Assembly (NCBI GenBank): GCA_947453965.1
Contig: CANGIQ010000001.1
Span: forward strand, 52,060-116,059
From: Comamonadaceae bacterium
GTDB taxonomy: Bacteria; Pseudomonadota; Gammaproteobacteria; Burkholderiales; Burkholderiaceae_C
Direction of reading: 5' to 3'
Length of the DNA stretch: 64,000 bases
Made by a program: the position numbers and the translations under genes. The notes beneath the pieces are model-generated. The model had not been told where the DNA came from. It was given only the letters and a program-made list of their open reading frames with translations, and searched no databases. This document shows, in pieces, positions 16,078 to 25,703 of this stretch. Each line of letters begins with the position of its first letter. Position 1 is the stretch's first letter.

Positions 16078-17415
16078 ATGAAAGGCAGTGCTATGTTTTT
16101 GGATCAACGCAGGGTAGGGGTCGCGGTCGTGTTGTCGATGTTGGGGCTCGCCTCACAGGTGCATGCACAAGCCGCATTGCCGACAGCCGAACAAACCGAT
16201 CCCGTCAAGCTCGGATGGATGGTGGGCTCGCCCCCGCCCCCCGACAAGGTGATTCGTTGGGCCGATGGCTCGTTCTACACATTTCCTAAATTCCGCTGGT
16301 CCTTCTCGCATGGACGTGAATTGATGGCCACCAGCAATGTCTCGCGCGGTGTCGCCACACCTTCGCCATTGCCCCGGGCTGAACGCACTGACCTTGATGG
16401 CGTGACGTTCACGCCTTTGGGCAAGACCGAACCCATGACGTGGGCGCAGTCGCTCTCGGCCAATTACACAGATGGCATTGTGGTTTTGCACCAAGGCAAG
16501 ATTGTGTATGAACGCTATTTCGGTGCTTTGACGGCGAGCGGACAGCATGCCGGGCAATCGGTGACCAAATCATTTTTTGGCACCTTGGGTGCGGTCTTGG
16601 TCGAGGAAGGAAAGCTCGACGCCAACGCCAAGGTCTCGTCCTACATTCCTGAGCTCAAAGACAGCGGTTTTGGCAACGCCACGGTTCGGCAAGTGCTCGA
16701 CATGACCACCGGCCTCAAGTACAGCGAAAACTATGCAGACCCTAAAGCTGAAGTTTGGGACCATGTGCGCGCGGGCAATGTGCTGCCACGTCCCCCGGGT
16801 TATCAAGGCCCCAAGAGTTTTTATGACTTCTTAAAAACGGTACAACCCGAGGGTGAGCACGGACAGGCGTTTGCCTACAAAACGGTCAACAGCGATGTGT
16901 TGGGCTGGTTGATTCGACGTGTGACCCAGCGAACGGTGGGCGAAAATCTGTCCGAGCGCATTTGGAGCAAATTGGGCATGGAGCAAGATGCCTACATTGC
17001 CATTGATACCGAAGGCACCGAATTCGCAGGCGGTGGCCTCAACACCGGGCTGCGCGATTTGGCACGTTTTGGCGAGATGATGCGTCAAGATGGGCGCTTT
17101 AACGGTCAGCAAATCATTCCCAAGGCGGTGGTCGATGACATTCGCCGTGGTGGCGATAAAAACAACTTCACGAAAGCAGGCTACGCCACACTGCCGGGCG
17201 CCAGCTACCGAAATATGTGGTGGGTCTTGCACAACCCCAACGGTGCTTTTGCGGCCCGCGGTGTACACGGACAAACCATTTACATCGATCCGAAAGCAGA
17301 AATGGTGATCGCGCGCTATGCCTCTTTCCCCATGGCTGCCAACGCCTTCAACGATCCCACCTCCTTGCCCGCCTTTCAGGCGCTGGCTGACAAGCTGATG
17401 TCCAATCCGCGCTGA
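16078..17415 (+). CDS. periplasmic serine hydrolase (beta-lactamase / 6-aminohexanoate-dimer-hydrolase-like fold)
   Basis: 445 aa. Signal peptide and S-x-x-K motif SVTKSF. An alternative start lies at 16093. Confidence 0.75.
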   Translation: MKGSAMFLDQRRVGVAVVLSMLGLASQVHAQAALPTAEQTDPVKLGWMVGSPPPPDKVIRWADGSFYTFPKFRWSFSHGRELMATSNVSRGVATPSPLPRAERTDLDGVTFTPLGKTEPMTWAQSLSANYTDGIVVLHQGKIVYERYFGALTASGQHAGQSVTKSFFGTLGAVLVEEGKLDANAKVSSYIPELKDSGFGNATVRQVLDMTTGLKYSENYADPKAEVWDHVRAGNVLPRPPGYQGPKSFYDFLKTVQPEGEHGQAFAYKTVNSDVLGWLIRRVTQRTVGENLSERIWSKLGMEQDAYIAIDTEGTEFAGGGLNTGLRDLARFGEMMRQDGRFNGQQIIPKAVVDDIRRGGDKNNFTKAGYATLPGASYRNMWWVLHNPNGAFAARGVHGQTIYIDPKAEMVIARYASFPMAANAFNDPTSLPAFQALADKLMSNPR

Positions 17416-17560
17416 TCTCTGTCCACTCAGACTAGGTGTCATACCGAGACCGCGTGGCACAATAGAGTGCGAACAAAAGCCATGAGGTGCCGTCGACATC
17501 GAGTCTGACGGCAACTTGAGGCGGTATTTTTAATCAGGTTGCAAAGAAGGGGGTTTCGTC

Positions 17561-18193
17561 ATGGCACGTTATAACGCCGCGTATGAAATTCACGTCCATG
17601 GTCAAGTGCCACTGCGTTCAGATGTGGGCTTGGACCAGTTGCAAGATGCGCTGCGACCTTTGTGGCAATACGCGGGAGCCCGTTCTTTGGACGAAGGTGC
17701 GACCAGCGCCTACCCAGAAGAACCCGGCCTTCGCTTAGACGCGCAAGAGCATGCGCTGCAAATGTGTTGGACCGTTCCTGGCGATGACGACTTTCGCCAG
17801 TGCTTGGACGACATGTGCATGAACCTCAATGAGTTGACCTCTGCGGGTGCTGCCATTGAAGTTACTTTTTACGACAACGATTTCGACGATGAAGACGAAA
17901 ACCGAGGTCAAGATTCTCGCGATGACTTCTTAATGCTCTTCGTCGGCCCCACGCCTGCAGACATCATGCAAGCGCAGCGCGACATGTTGGTCAACGATGT
18001 GGTCCACCTGATGGAGCGCCATTTTGACGGAGCTGAGTTGGGCGGTGTGGTGAATGAAATTGACCAACTTTTCTCACAACGCTTCGACAATCTGGTGAAC
18101 TCGCTCGATCTCGGGCGCCCACCCAGAGGTTCGGGCGGCAATGGCCATGGTGGCTCGGGCCATGGTGGACGCAAGCCGCGTCATTTGCATTGA
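17561..18193 (+). CDS. hypothetical acidic protein with Gly/His-rich basic tail
   Basis: 210 aa. Good RBS (AAGGGGG) 6 nt upstream of the ATG. Acidic tract FYDNDFDDEDENRGQDSRDD. C-terminus GSGGNGHGGSGHGGRKPRHLH. I do not recognise a family. Confidence 0.55.
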   Translation: MARYNAAYEIHVHGQVPLRSDVGLDQLQDALRPLWQYAGARSLDEGATSAYPEEPGLRLDAQEHALQMCWTVPGDDDFRQCLDDMCMNLNELTSAGAAIEVTFYDNDFDDEDENRGQDSRDDFLMLFVGPTPADIMQAQRDMLVNDVVHLMERHFDGAELGGVVNEIDQLFSQRFDNLVNSLDLGRPPRGSGGNGHGGSGHGGRKPRHLH

Positions 18194-18227
18194 CCTCACA
18201 TCACACGATGAGCAATGGATGACGCAT

Positions 18228-18264
18228 AAAAAAACCGGCCTCTGCAAAGAGCGCCGGTTTTTTT
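18228..18264. terminator. bidirectional terminator between the hypothetical gene and fumarase
   Basis: A8-CCGGCCTCT-gcaa-AGAGCGCCGG-T7. Confidence 0.75.
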
Positions 18265-18277
18265 GATGCAGCTGGTA

Positions 18278-19828
18278 TCAACCAGCGTTGATGCCAATCC
18301 CTTTGAACTCGCCCGTGGCAATGCGTTTTTCCCACTCGGCGGGGCCGGTGATGTGGGCGCTGGTGCCACCTGAATCGACCGCCACCGTCACGGGCATGTC
18401 GACCACGTCGAATTCGTAAATGGCTTCCATGCCCAAGTCGGCAAAGCCCACCACCTTGGCGTGCTTGATCGCCTTGGACACCAAGTAAGCCGCGCCGCCC
18501 ACCGCCATGAGGTAGGCCGACTTGTGCTTTTTGATGGCTTCAATCGCGGTAGGGCCGCGTTCGGCTTTGCCAACCATCGAAATCAAGCCAGTTTGCGACA
18601 ACATCATCTCGGTGAATTTGTCCATGCGGGTGGCGGTGGTGGGGCCAGCAGGGCCGACCACTTCGTCGCGCACAGGATCGACCGGGCCGACGTAGTAAAT
18701 CACGCGGTTGGTGAAATCCACGGGCAACTTCTCGCCCTTGGCCAGCATGTCTTGAATCCGCTTGTGCGCGGCATCGCGGCCGGTCAGCATCTTGCCGTTG
18801 AGCAAAATCGTTTGGCCGGGTTTCCAGCTCGCCACTTCTTCTTTGGTGAGGGTGTTCAGGTCCACGCGCTTGCTCTTTTGCGTGTCGGGTGTCCAGTTCA
18901 CATCGGGCCACAGATCCAGCGAGGGGGCATCCAAATACACGGGGCCTGAGCCGTCCATCACAAAGTGGGCATGACGTGTGGCGGCGCAGTTGGGAATCAT
19001 GGCAATCGGCTTGCTGGCCGCATGCGTGGGGTACATCTTGATCTTCACATCCAGCACCGTGGTCAAGCCGCCCAAGCCTTGTGCGCCAATGCCTAGCGCG
19101 TTGACCTTGTGGTAAAGCTCCAAACGCAGCTCTTCAACCTGTGTGAGCTTCTCGCCTTTGCTGGACTTCTCCAGCAATTGGTACATGTCGAGGTCGTCCA
19201 TCAGGCTCTCTTTGGCCATGAGCACGGCTTTTTCGGCCGTGCCGCCGATGCCGATGCCCAACATGCCGGGTGGGCACCAGCCCGCACCCATGGTGGGCAC
19301 GGTCTTCAACACCCAATCCACCACGCTGTCACTGGGGTTGAGCATGTACATCTTGGACTTGTTCTCACTGCCACCGCCCTTGGCTGCCACGGTGACGTCG
19401 ACTTTGTCGCCAGCGACGATCTGGGTGAAGATCACGGCAGGGGTATTGTCTTTGGTGTTTTTGCGGGCGAACTGCGGGTCATCCACCACCGAGGCGCGCA
19501 ACATATTGTCAGAATAGTTGTAGCCGCGGCGCACGCCTTCGTTGACGGCATCTTCCAAGCTGCCTGTGAACCCTTCCCAACACACGTCCATCCCGACTTT
19601 CAAGAACACGTTGACGATGCCGGTGTCTTGGCAAATCGGGCGATGACCGATGGCGCTCATCTTGCTGTTGGTCAAGATTTGGGCAATCGCGTCTTTGGCG
19701 GCAGGGCTTTGTTCGCGCTGGTAGGCGCTGGCCAAGTGGCTGATGAAGTCGGCCGGGTGGTAGTAGCTGATGTACTGCAGCGCAGCAGCAACCGATTCGA
19801 TCAAATCGTTTTGGCGGATGGTGGTCAT
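18278..19828 (-). CDS. fumA: class I (Fe-S) fumarate hydratase
   Basis: 516 aa from the ATG at 19828. N-terminal domain with the ICQDTG motif, and a fused beta (C-terminal) domain. Confidence 0.9.
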   Translation of the reverse strand: MTTIRQNDLIESVAAALQYISYYHPADFISHLASAYQREQSPAAKDAIAQILTNSKMSAIGHRPICQDTGIVNVFLKVGMDVCWEGFTGSLEDAVNEGVRRGYNYSDNMLRASVVDDPQFARKNTKDNTPAVIFTQIVAGDKVDVTVAAKGGGSENKSKMYMLNPSDSVVDWVLKTVPTMGAGWCPPGMLGIGIGGTAEKAVLMAKESLMDDLDMYQLLEKSSKGEKLTQVEELRLELYHKVNALGIGAQGLGGLTTVLDVKIKMYPTHAASKPIAMIPNCAATRHAHFVMDGSGPVYLDAPSLDLWPDVNWTPDTQKSKRVDLNTLTKEEVASWKPGQTILLNGKMLTGRDAAHKRIQDMLAKGEKLPVDFTNRVIYYVGPVDPVRDEVVGPAGPTTATRMDKFTEMMLSQTGLISMVGKAERGPTAIEAIKKHKSAYLMAVGGAAYLVSKAIKHAKVVGFADLGMEAIYEFDVVDMPVTVAVDSGGTSAHITGPAEWEKRIATGEFKGIGINAG

Positions 19829-19931
19829 GTTCAGGGTCCTGGAAAGGGCTTGGTGACAGAGATAAAACAACGGCAGAGTTTACTCAATGGCCCTGTCACA
19901 AGGCTTGCAATTTACCGCCGACACGGCCAAG

Positions 19932-19959
19932 AAAAAACCCGCTGGGGTGAGCAGCGGGT
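19932..19959 (-). terminator. rho-independent terminator after the cytochrome c gene
   Basis: The minus strand reads ACCCGCTG-ctcacccc-CAGCGGGT followed by T6. Confidence 0.75.
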
Positions 19960-19981
19960 TGCGGGCGAGGGCCTTGGGCCC

Positions 19982-20293
19982 TTATTTGATGGTCAAAACC
20001 CAAGCGGCCAATTTTTTGGCTTCGGCGTCGTTGACTTGTGTGTTGGCAGGCATGGGCACGGGGCCCCAAGCGCCCGCGCCGCCTTTTTGAATTTTGCTGG
20101 CCAGCTTGTCGACAGCCGATTTATCGCCAGCGTATTTGGCCGCCACGTCTTTGTACGACGGGCCGACCAGTTTTTTATCGAGCGCATGGCAGGCCATGCA
20201 ATTTTTGGATGTGGCCAAGGCTTGGTCTGCCCAAACTGGGGCAGACACAGACGTGACAGCGAGTGCAAGCAAGGCAAAAAGATGGGTTTTCAT
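19982..20293 (-). CDS. class I c-type cytochrome (c551/c552-like)
   Basis: 103 aa. Signal peptide, haem-binding CMACH, and the downstream Met-ligand region GPVPMP. Confidence 0.88.
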   Translation of the reverse strand: MKTHLFALLALAVTSVSAPVWADQALATSKNCMACHALDKKLVGPSYKDVAAKYAGDKSAVDKLASKIQKGGAGAWGPVPMPANTQVNDAEAKKLAAWVLTIK

Positions 20294-20469
20294 GGCATGA
20301 CCTCTGAGATGCGTTGAGTAATGGACGTTGCATCAGTTTATCAAGGACGCCAGCCCTTTTCTTTGCCCCCGCTCGCGGCCATGGTTTGGCTTTTTGACAC
20401 AGGTCGCATGTGATGGGTGGGCCATAATCGAACGAGATTTTTTTGATGCTTTTCTGACCGGAGATAGAC

Positions 20470-22326
20470 ATGCCTGCTTACCGTTCCAAGACCTCGACTG
20501 CTGGCCGCAACATGGCGGGTGCCCGCTCCCTGTGGCGCGCCACAGGCATGAAGGACGACGATTTTCAAAAACCCATCATCGCCATTGCCAACTCGTTCAC
20601 ACAGTTCGTGCCAGGCCATGTGCATTTGAAAGACCTGGGCCAGTTGGTGGCACGTGAGATCGAGGCCGCAGGCGGCGTCGCCAAAGAATTCAACACCATC
20701 GCGGTGGACGACGGCATTGCCATGGGCCACGACGGCATGCTCTATTCGCTGCCTAGCCGCGACATCATTGCGGACTCGGTCGAATACATGGTCAATGCCC
20801 ATTGCGCCGATGCCTTGGTCTGTATCTCGAACTGCGACAAGATCACCCCCGGCATGTTGATGGCCGCCATGCGCCTGAACATCCCTGTGATCTTTGTGTC
20901 GGGCGGCCCCATGGAAGCGGGCAAGGCACGCTTGGCCGTTCCGGGTACCCAAACGATTGAAATCAAAAAACTCGACCTGATCGACGCCATGGTCATGGCC
21001 GCTGACAGCAAGGTCAGCGACGCCGATTTGGCCGAGGTGGAGCGTTCCGCATGCCCCACCTGTGGTTCCTGCTCGGGCATGTTCACGGCCAACTCCATGA
21101 ACTGTCTGGCCGAAGCGCTGGGCTTGGCCCTGCCTGGCAACGGCACGGTGGTCGCCACCCACGCTGACCGCGAGCGCCTCTTCAAGCAAGCAGGGCACAC
21201 CATCGTGGAATTGGCCAAGCGCTATTACGAAAAAGACGATGTGTCGGTGTTGCCACGCTCCATGGGCTTCAAAGCGTTTGAAAACGCCATTGCGCTGGAC
21301 ATCGCCATGGGCGGCTCGACCAACACGATTTTGCACATCTTGGCCATTGCCCAAGAAGCCGAGATCGAATTCACCATGGCCGACATCGACCGCATGTCCA
21401 AGATCGTGCCTCAGTTGTGCAAAGTCGCACCCAACACCAACAAGTACCACATTGAAGACGTGCACCGCGCTGGCGGCATCATGGCCATCTTGGGCGAGCT
21501 CGACCGCGCAGGCCGACTGCACACCGATGTGGCCACCGTCCACACCAAGACCATGAAGGACGCCTTGGATCAGTGGGACATTGCCCGCAACCCATCGGAT
21601 GCTGTGAAGACCTTCTACATGGCAGGCCCCGCAGGCGTGCCCTCACAAGTGGCCTTCAGCCAAAACACACGCTGGCCAAGCTTGGATCTGGACCGCGCCG
21701 AAGGTTGTATCCGCTCGTTTGACCATGCGTTCAGCAAAGAAGGCGGCTTGGCTGTCTTGCGCGGCAACATTGCCCTTGACGGTTGCGTGGTCAAGACCGC
21801 TGGCGTGGACGACAGCTTGCTGGTGTTTGAAGGCCCCGCCCATGTGGTGGAGTCGCAAGACGAGGCGGTCGAGCACATCTTGAACGACCAAGTCAAAGCG
21901 GGTGACATTGTGGTGGTGCGCTACGAAGGCCCCAAAGGTGGCCCCGGCATGCAAGAAATGTTGTACCCCACCAGCTACATCAAGTCCAAAGGTTTGGGCA
22001 AGGCCTGCGCCTTGTTGACCGATGGTCGCTTCTCAGGCGGCACCTCGGGTTTGTCGATTGGTCACTGCTCGCCTGAAGCAGCGGCTGGTGGCAACATCGG
22101 TTTGGTGCGCAACGGTGACCGTATCCGCATCGACATTCCCAATCGCACTGTGAATGTGTTGGTGAGTGACGAGGACTTGGCCAAGCGCCGCGTGGAACAA
22201 GACAAGCTGGGTTGGAAGCCTGCTTTGCCACGTCCACGCAAAGTGTCGTCAGCGCTCAAGGCCTACGCCTTGTTGGCCACCTCGGCCGACAAAGGCGCGG
22301 TGCGCGATGTGTCCTTGCTCGATTGA
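20470..22326 (+). CDS. ilvD: dihydroxy-acid dehydratase
   Basis: 618 aa. [34 protein letters not shown]; full-length IlvD-like. Confidence 0.97.
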   Translation: MPAYRSKTSTAGRNMAGARSLWRATGMKDDDFQKPIIAIANSFTQFVPGHVHLKDLGQLVAREIEAAGGVAKEFNTIAVDDGIAMGHDGMLYSLPSRDIIADSVEYMVNAHCADALVCISNCDKITPGMLMAAMRLNIPVIFVSGGPMEAGKARLAVPGTQTIEIKKLDLIDAMVMAADSKVSDADLAEVERSACPTCGSCSGMFTANSMNCLAEALGLALPGNGTVVATHADRERLFKQAGHTIVELAKRYYEKDDVSVLPRSMGFKAFENAIALDIAMGGSTNTILHILAIAQEAEIEFTMADIDRMSKIVPQLCKVAPNTNKYHIEDVHRAGGIMAILGELDRAGRLHTDVATVHTKTMKDALDQWDIARNPSDAVKTFYMAGPAGVPSQVAFSQNTRWPSLDLDRAEGCIRSFDHAFSKEGGLAVLRGNIALDGCVVKTAGVDDSLLVFEGPAHVVESQDEAVEHILNDQVKAGDIVVVRYEGPKGGPGMQEMLYPTSYIKSKGLGKACALLTDGRFSGGTSGLSIGHCSPEAAAGGNIGLVRNGDRIRIDIPNRTVNVLVSDEDLAKRRVEQDKLGWKPALPRPRKVSSALKAYALLATSADKGAVRDVSLLD

Positions 22327-22347
22327 TGCGCCCTACATGAACCACGC

Positions 22348-23166
22348 ATGCTGATTCACCCCCACATCGACCCGGTTGCGTTGCAGCTGGGGCCGTTGGC
22401 CATCCATTGGTATGGTTTGACGTACTTGGCGGCATTTGCCTTGTTTGTGGGCTTGGCGCGCTTGCGCTTGCAGCACACGCCCTATGCGCAGCAGGTGGCA
22501 CTGGGCACCTGGTCCAAACAAGACATTGAAGACATCTTGTTCTACGGTGTGATGGGCGTGGTGCTTGGCGGACGTTTGGGCTACTGCTTGTTTTACAAAC
22601 CCCTGTACTACGCGGCCAACCCCTTAGAGGTGTTTGCTGTGTGGCAAGGCGGCATGAGTTTTCATGGCGGCATGTTGGGTGTGTTTGTGGCCACGGCGGT
22701 GTTTGCTTGGCAACGTCAACGCGCTTGGCTGTGGGTCACCGATTTCATCGCACCTTGTGTGCCTACCGGCTTGGCCGCAGGGCGTGTGGGCAACTTCATC
22801 AATGGTGAGTTGTGGGGCCGCGAAGCCGATCCCACGTTGCCGTGGGCCATGGTGTTTCCAAACAGTGGCAGCCTGATACCGCGCCATCCCTCCCAGATTT
22901 ACCAGTTCTTGGGCGAAGGGCTCTTGCTCTTTGTGGTGCTGTGGTTGTATGCCCGCAAGCCCCGTCCCGTCGGGGCGGTGTCTGGTGTGTTCATGATCGG
23001 TTATGGCAGTCTGCGTTTCATGGCCGAGTATTTCCGCGAGCCCGATGCACACCTGGGCTTGTTGGCTTTGGGCATGAGCATGGGCCAATGGCTGTGTGTG
23101 CCCATGGTGGCCGTAGGCGTGGTTTTATGGTGGCATGCGGTTCGACAGCCTCAAGCCGCGCACTGA
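22348..23166 (+). CDS. lgt: prolipoprotein diacylglyceryl transferase
   Basis: 272 aa. Polytopic, with [22 protein letters not shown] and HPSQIYQF. Confidence 0.93.
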   Translation: MLIHPHIDPVALQLGPLAIHWYGLTYLAAFALFVGLARLRLQHTPYAQQVALGTWSKQDIEDILFYGVMGVVLGGRLGYCLFYKPLYYAANPLEVFAVWQGGMSFHGGMLGVFVATAVFAWQRQRAWLWVTDFIAPCVPTGLAAGRVGNFINGELWGREADPTLPWAMVFPNSGSLIPRHPSQIYQFLGEGLLLFVVLWLYARKPRPVGAVSGVFMIGYGSLRFMAEYFREPDAHLGLLALGMSMGQWLCVPMVAVGVVLWWHAVRQPQAAH

Positions 23167-23227
23167 TTTTCCAATGGTTGAACAGCTTGTAATTTGTTAA
23201 CCGTGTGAACCCAACCAGAGGAGTGGC

Positions 23228-24661
23228 ATGAACGCAAGCACATGGCTCAGTAGCAAACTCAATCTGTTGCGCAATACGGCAGCAACGAGTCCAGCCGCGC
23301 CAGAGCAAATGCGCTCCACCCGCGAACGCCTGGACGCGACCTTGCGCCAAGAAAAAGAAGCTTTGTCGCCACGTTCTTTGCGCCGTACCTTGTCGTTGTT
23401 GCAAGGGGTGGTCGATCCCCGCGTGAGCGAGGTCGAAGGAGGGCGCCGTGCCAAAGCCTTGGCCGATTGGTATGTCAAAGCCGAAGCATTTGAGCGACAA
23501 GACCTGTGGCTTTTGATCAGCGAACAGTTTGGCCCCGATGCGGCCAAAGTGCGCGCTGCCCGTGATGACTACGACGCAGCGCTGGGCACGGTGGAAGAGG
23601 GCCCTGCGGAGATTCGCTTGCGTCGCGCTTTGGTGTCGCCACGCACACGGTTGTTGCAACGCTTTGCCGCCTATCCCGGCGGCATGCGGTTTTTAGTCGA
23701 TATGCGGGCTGAGTTTTTGCCTCAACTCAAGGGCAACAAGCGCTTGCTGGCCTTGGACGCTGAGCTAGAGAACTTGTTCTCGACCTGGTTTGATGTGGCG
23801 TTTTTAGAGCTGCGCAGCATCAGCTGGGATTCCCCGGCATCGCTGATTGAAAAACTCATCAAGTACGAGGCGGTGCATGACATTCGCAGCTGGGCCGATT
23901 TGAAAAATCGCTTGGACAGTGATCGCCGTTGTTATGGTTTCTTTCACCCCAGCTTGCCCAACGAGCCGCTGATCTTTGTGGAAGTCGCGTTGCTCGATGA
24001 GATCGCCGACAACATCATGCCCCTGCTCGACGAAGGTGCAGCCCCTGAAGATTTACAAAAAGCCACGGTGGCCATTTTTTATTCCATCAGCAACACCCAA
24101 ACCGGGTTGCGCGGCGTGAGCTTTGGTGACTCGCTGATCAAACGCGTGGTCGAAACCCTGCGTGGCGAATTTCCCAAGCTCAAAACCTTTGCCACCTTGT
24201 CGCCAATTCCGGGCTTGCGCGCTTGGCTGTCGCGCAACGTCGACGACATGCTCAAACAGCTCAACGACAAAGAGCTCACTGCCTTGGGCCGTGAACTCAG
24301 TTTCGAGCCCCCCACGGCCACCCATGTGTTGGCTGCGCTGGAGCAACCGGTGTTGCTGAGTGCTTTGTCGCTCAAGTCACCCTTGCGTTTGTTTTTGACC
24401 CGCTGTGCGGCACAGTACCTCGGACAAGAAAAACAAGGCGACCAGGTGCTCGATCCGGTGGCACGTTTTCATTTGGGCAACGGCGCGCGCATTGAGCGCA
24501 TCAACTGGTATGCGGATGCCTCGTCCAAAGGCCTCAAGCAGTCGCACGGCCTGATGGTGAATTACCTCTACGACTTGAAGCGACTCGACAAACACCGTCA
24601 AATGCTCGACAAAGGCGAGGCCCCTGCGTCCAGCGAGGTGCAAGCCCTGTATTTGAAGTGA
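23228..24661 (+). CDS. malonyl-CoA decarboxylase (MatA/MCD family)
   Basis: 477 aa. IFYSISNTQTGLRGVSFGDSLIKRV and LSPIPGLRAW are characteristic of the MCD family, from my recollection. Confidence 0.8.
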   Translation: MNASTWLSSKLNLLRNTAATSPAAPEQMRSTRERLDATLRQEKEALSPRSLRRTLSLLQGVVDPRVSEVEGGRRAKALADWYVKAEAFERQDLWLLISEQFGPDAAKVRAARDDYDAALGTVEEGPAEIRLRRALVSPRTRLLQRFAAYPGGMRFLVDMRAEFLPQLKGNKRLLALDAELENLFSTWFDVAFLELRSISWDSPASLIEKLIKYEAVHDIRSWADLKNRLDSDRRCYGFFHPSLPNEPLIFVEVALLDEIADNIMPLLDEGAAPEDLQKATVAIFYSISNTQTGLRGVSFGDSLIKRVVETLRGEFPKLKTFATLSPIPGLRAWLSRNVDDMLKQLNDKELTALGRELSFEPPTATHVLAALEQPVLLSALSLKSPLRLFLTRCAAQYLGQEKQGDQVLDPVARFHLGNGARIERINWYADASSKGLKQSHGLMVNYLYDLKRLDKHRQMLDKGEAPASSEVQALYLK

Positions 24662-24693
24662 TGGCCCAAACACAAACCCTGAAGGAGACAGAC

Positions 24694-25686
24694 ATGACCC
24701 ACCCGCACCACTCGGCGACCCGCCGTGATGTTCTACGCTGGGGCAGCGCAGGTTTGGCTGTTGCCAGCTTGGGCGTCCAAGCCGATCCCAACTGGCCCAG
24801 CAAACCCGTCACCATGATCGTGCCGTTTCCTGCGGGCGGTGGTACTGACGCATTTGCGCGTCCGTTTTCGGCCCAGTTCGCCAAACAAACGGGCAAGACC
24901 TTGGTGATCGACAACCGAGGGGGAGCGGGTGGCAACCTCGGCGCAGGCATTGCGGCCAAAGCCGCGCCCGATGGGTACACGCTCTTCATGGGCGGAGTGC
25001 ACCATTCGATTGCGCCCTCGATGTACCCCAAGCTCGACTACGACTTGGAGCGCGACTTTGTGCCCCTGGCCTTACTGGCCGTGGTGCCCCAAGTGTTGGT
25101 GGTCAACCCCAAGAAGATTCAGGGTGACTTCAAGTCGTTTCTGGACCAAGTGCGTAAAAACCCAGCCAAATTCAACTACGGCTCAGCAGGGGGCGGCACC
25201 TCGCACCACTTGGCCGGTGAGTTGTTCAAGCTGCAAACCAAGACCTTCATCACGCACATTCCTTACCGCGGTGCAGGCCCCGCCTTGCAAGACTTGATCG
25301 CTGGCAATGTGGACATGATGTTTGACGGCCTGGGTTCTTCCGCACAGCACATCAAGGGCGGTCGCATCAAGGCACTGATGGTGTCGGGCAACAAACGCAA
25401 TGCAGCCTTTCCCGATGTGCCCTGTGCGGCTGAGCTTGGATTTCCTGATTACACCGTCACCACCTGGTATGGCCTGTGGGCCCCCAAAGGCACGCCAGCC
25501 GATGTGCAAGCCCGGGTGGTGGAAGAAGTGAAAAAAGCCTCAGCGGGTGAAGAGCTCAAAGCCGCTTGGGCACTCAACGGCGCAGATTTTCCCCACCTCA
25601 GCAGCGCGCAATTTGGCGGCTTTGTGAATGGCGAAATCAAACGCTGGGCTGCCGTTGTGAAGGCCTCAGGCGCCAAACTGGATTGA
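24694..25686 (+). CDS. Bug/TctC-family substrate-binding protein
   Basis: 330 aa from the ATG at 24694, which is preceded by GAAGGAG. Tat-like signal TRRDVLRWGSAGLAVASL, then WPSKPVTMIVPFPAGGGTD. Confidence 0.88.
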   Translation: MTHPHHSATRRDVLRWGSAGLAVASLGVQADPNWPSKPVTMIVPFPAGGGTDAFARPFSAQFAKQTGKTLVIDNRGGAGGNLGAGIAAKAAPDGYTLFMGGVHHSIAPSMYPKLDYDLERDFVPLALLAVVPQVLVVNPKKIQGDFKSFLDQVRKNPAKFNYGSAGGGTSHHLAGELFKLQTKTFITHIPYRGAGPALQDLIAGNVDMMFDGLGSSAQHIKGGRIKALMVSGNKRNAAFPDVPCAAELGFPDYTVTTWYGLWAPKGTPADVQARVVEEVKKASAGEELKAAWALNGADFPHLSSAQFGGFVNGEIKRWAAVVKASGAKLD

Positions 25687-25703
25687 TCAACCCCACTGCA
25701 ACC

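Noticed and set aside
20393-20427. Perfect TTGACA hexamer upstream of ilvD, with a CATAAT downstream.
   Set aside because: The two hexamers are about 23 nt apart, too far for a sigma70 promoter. There is no better -10 at 16-18 nt.
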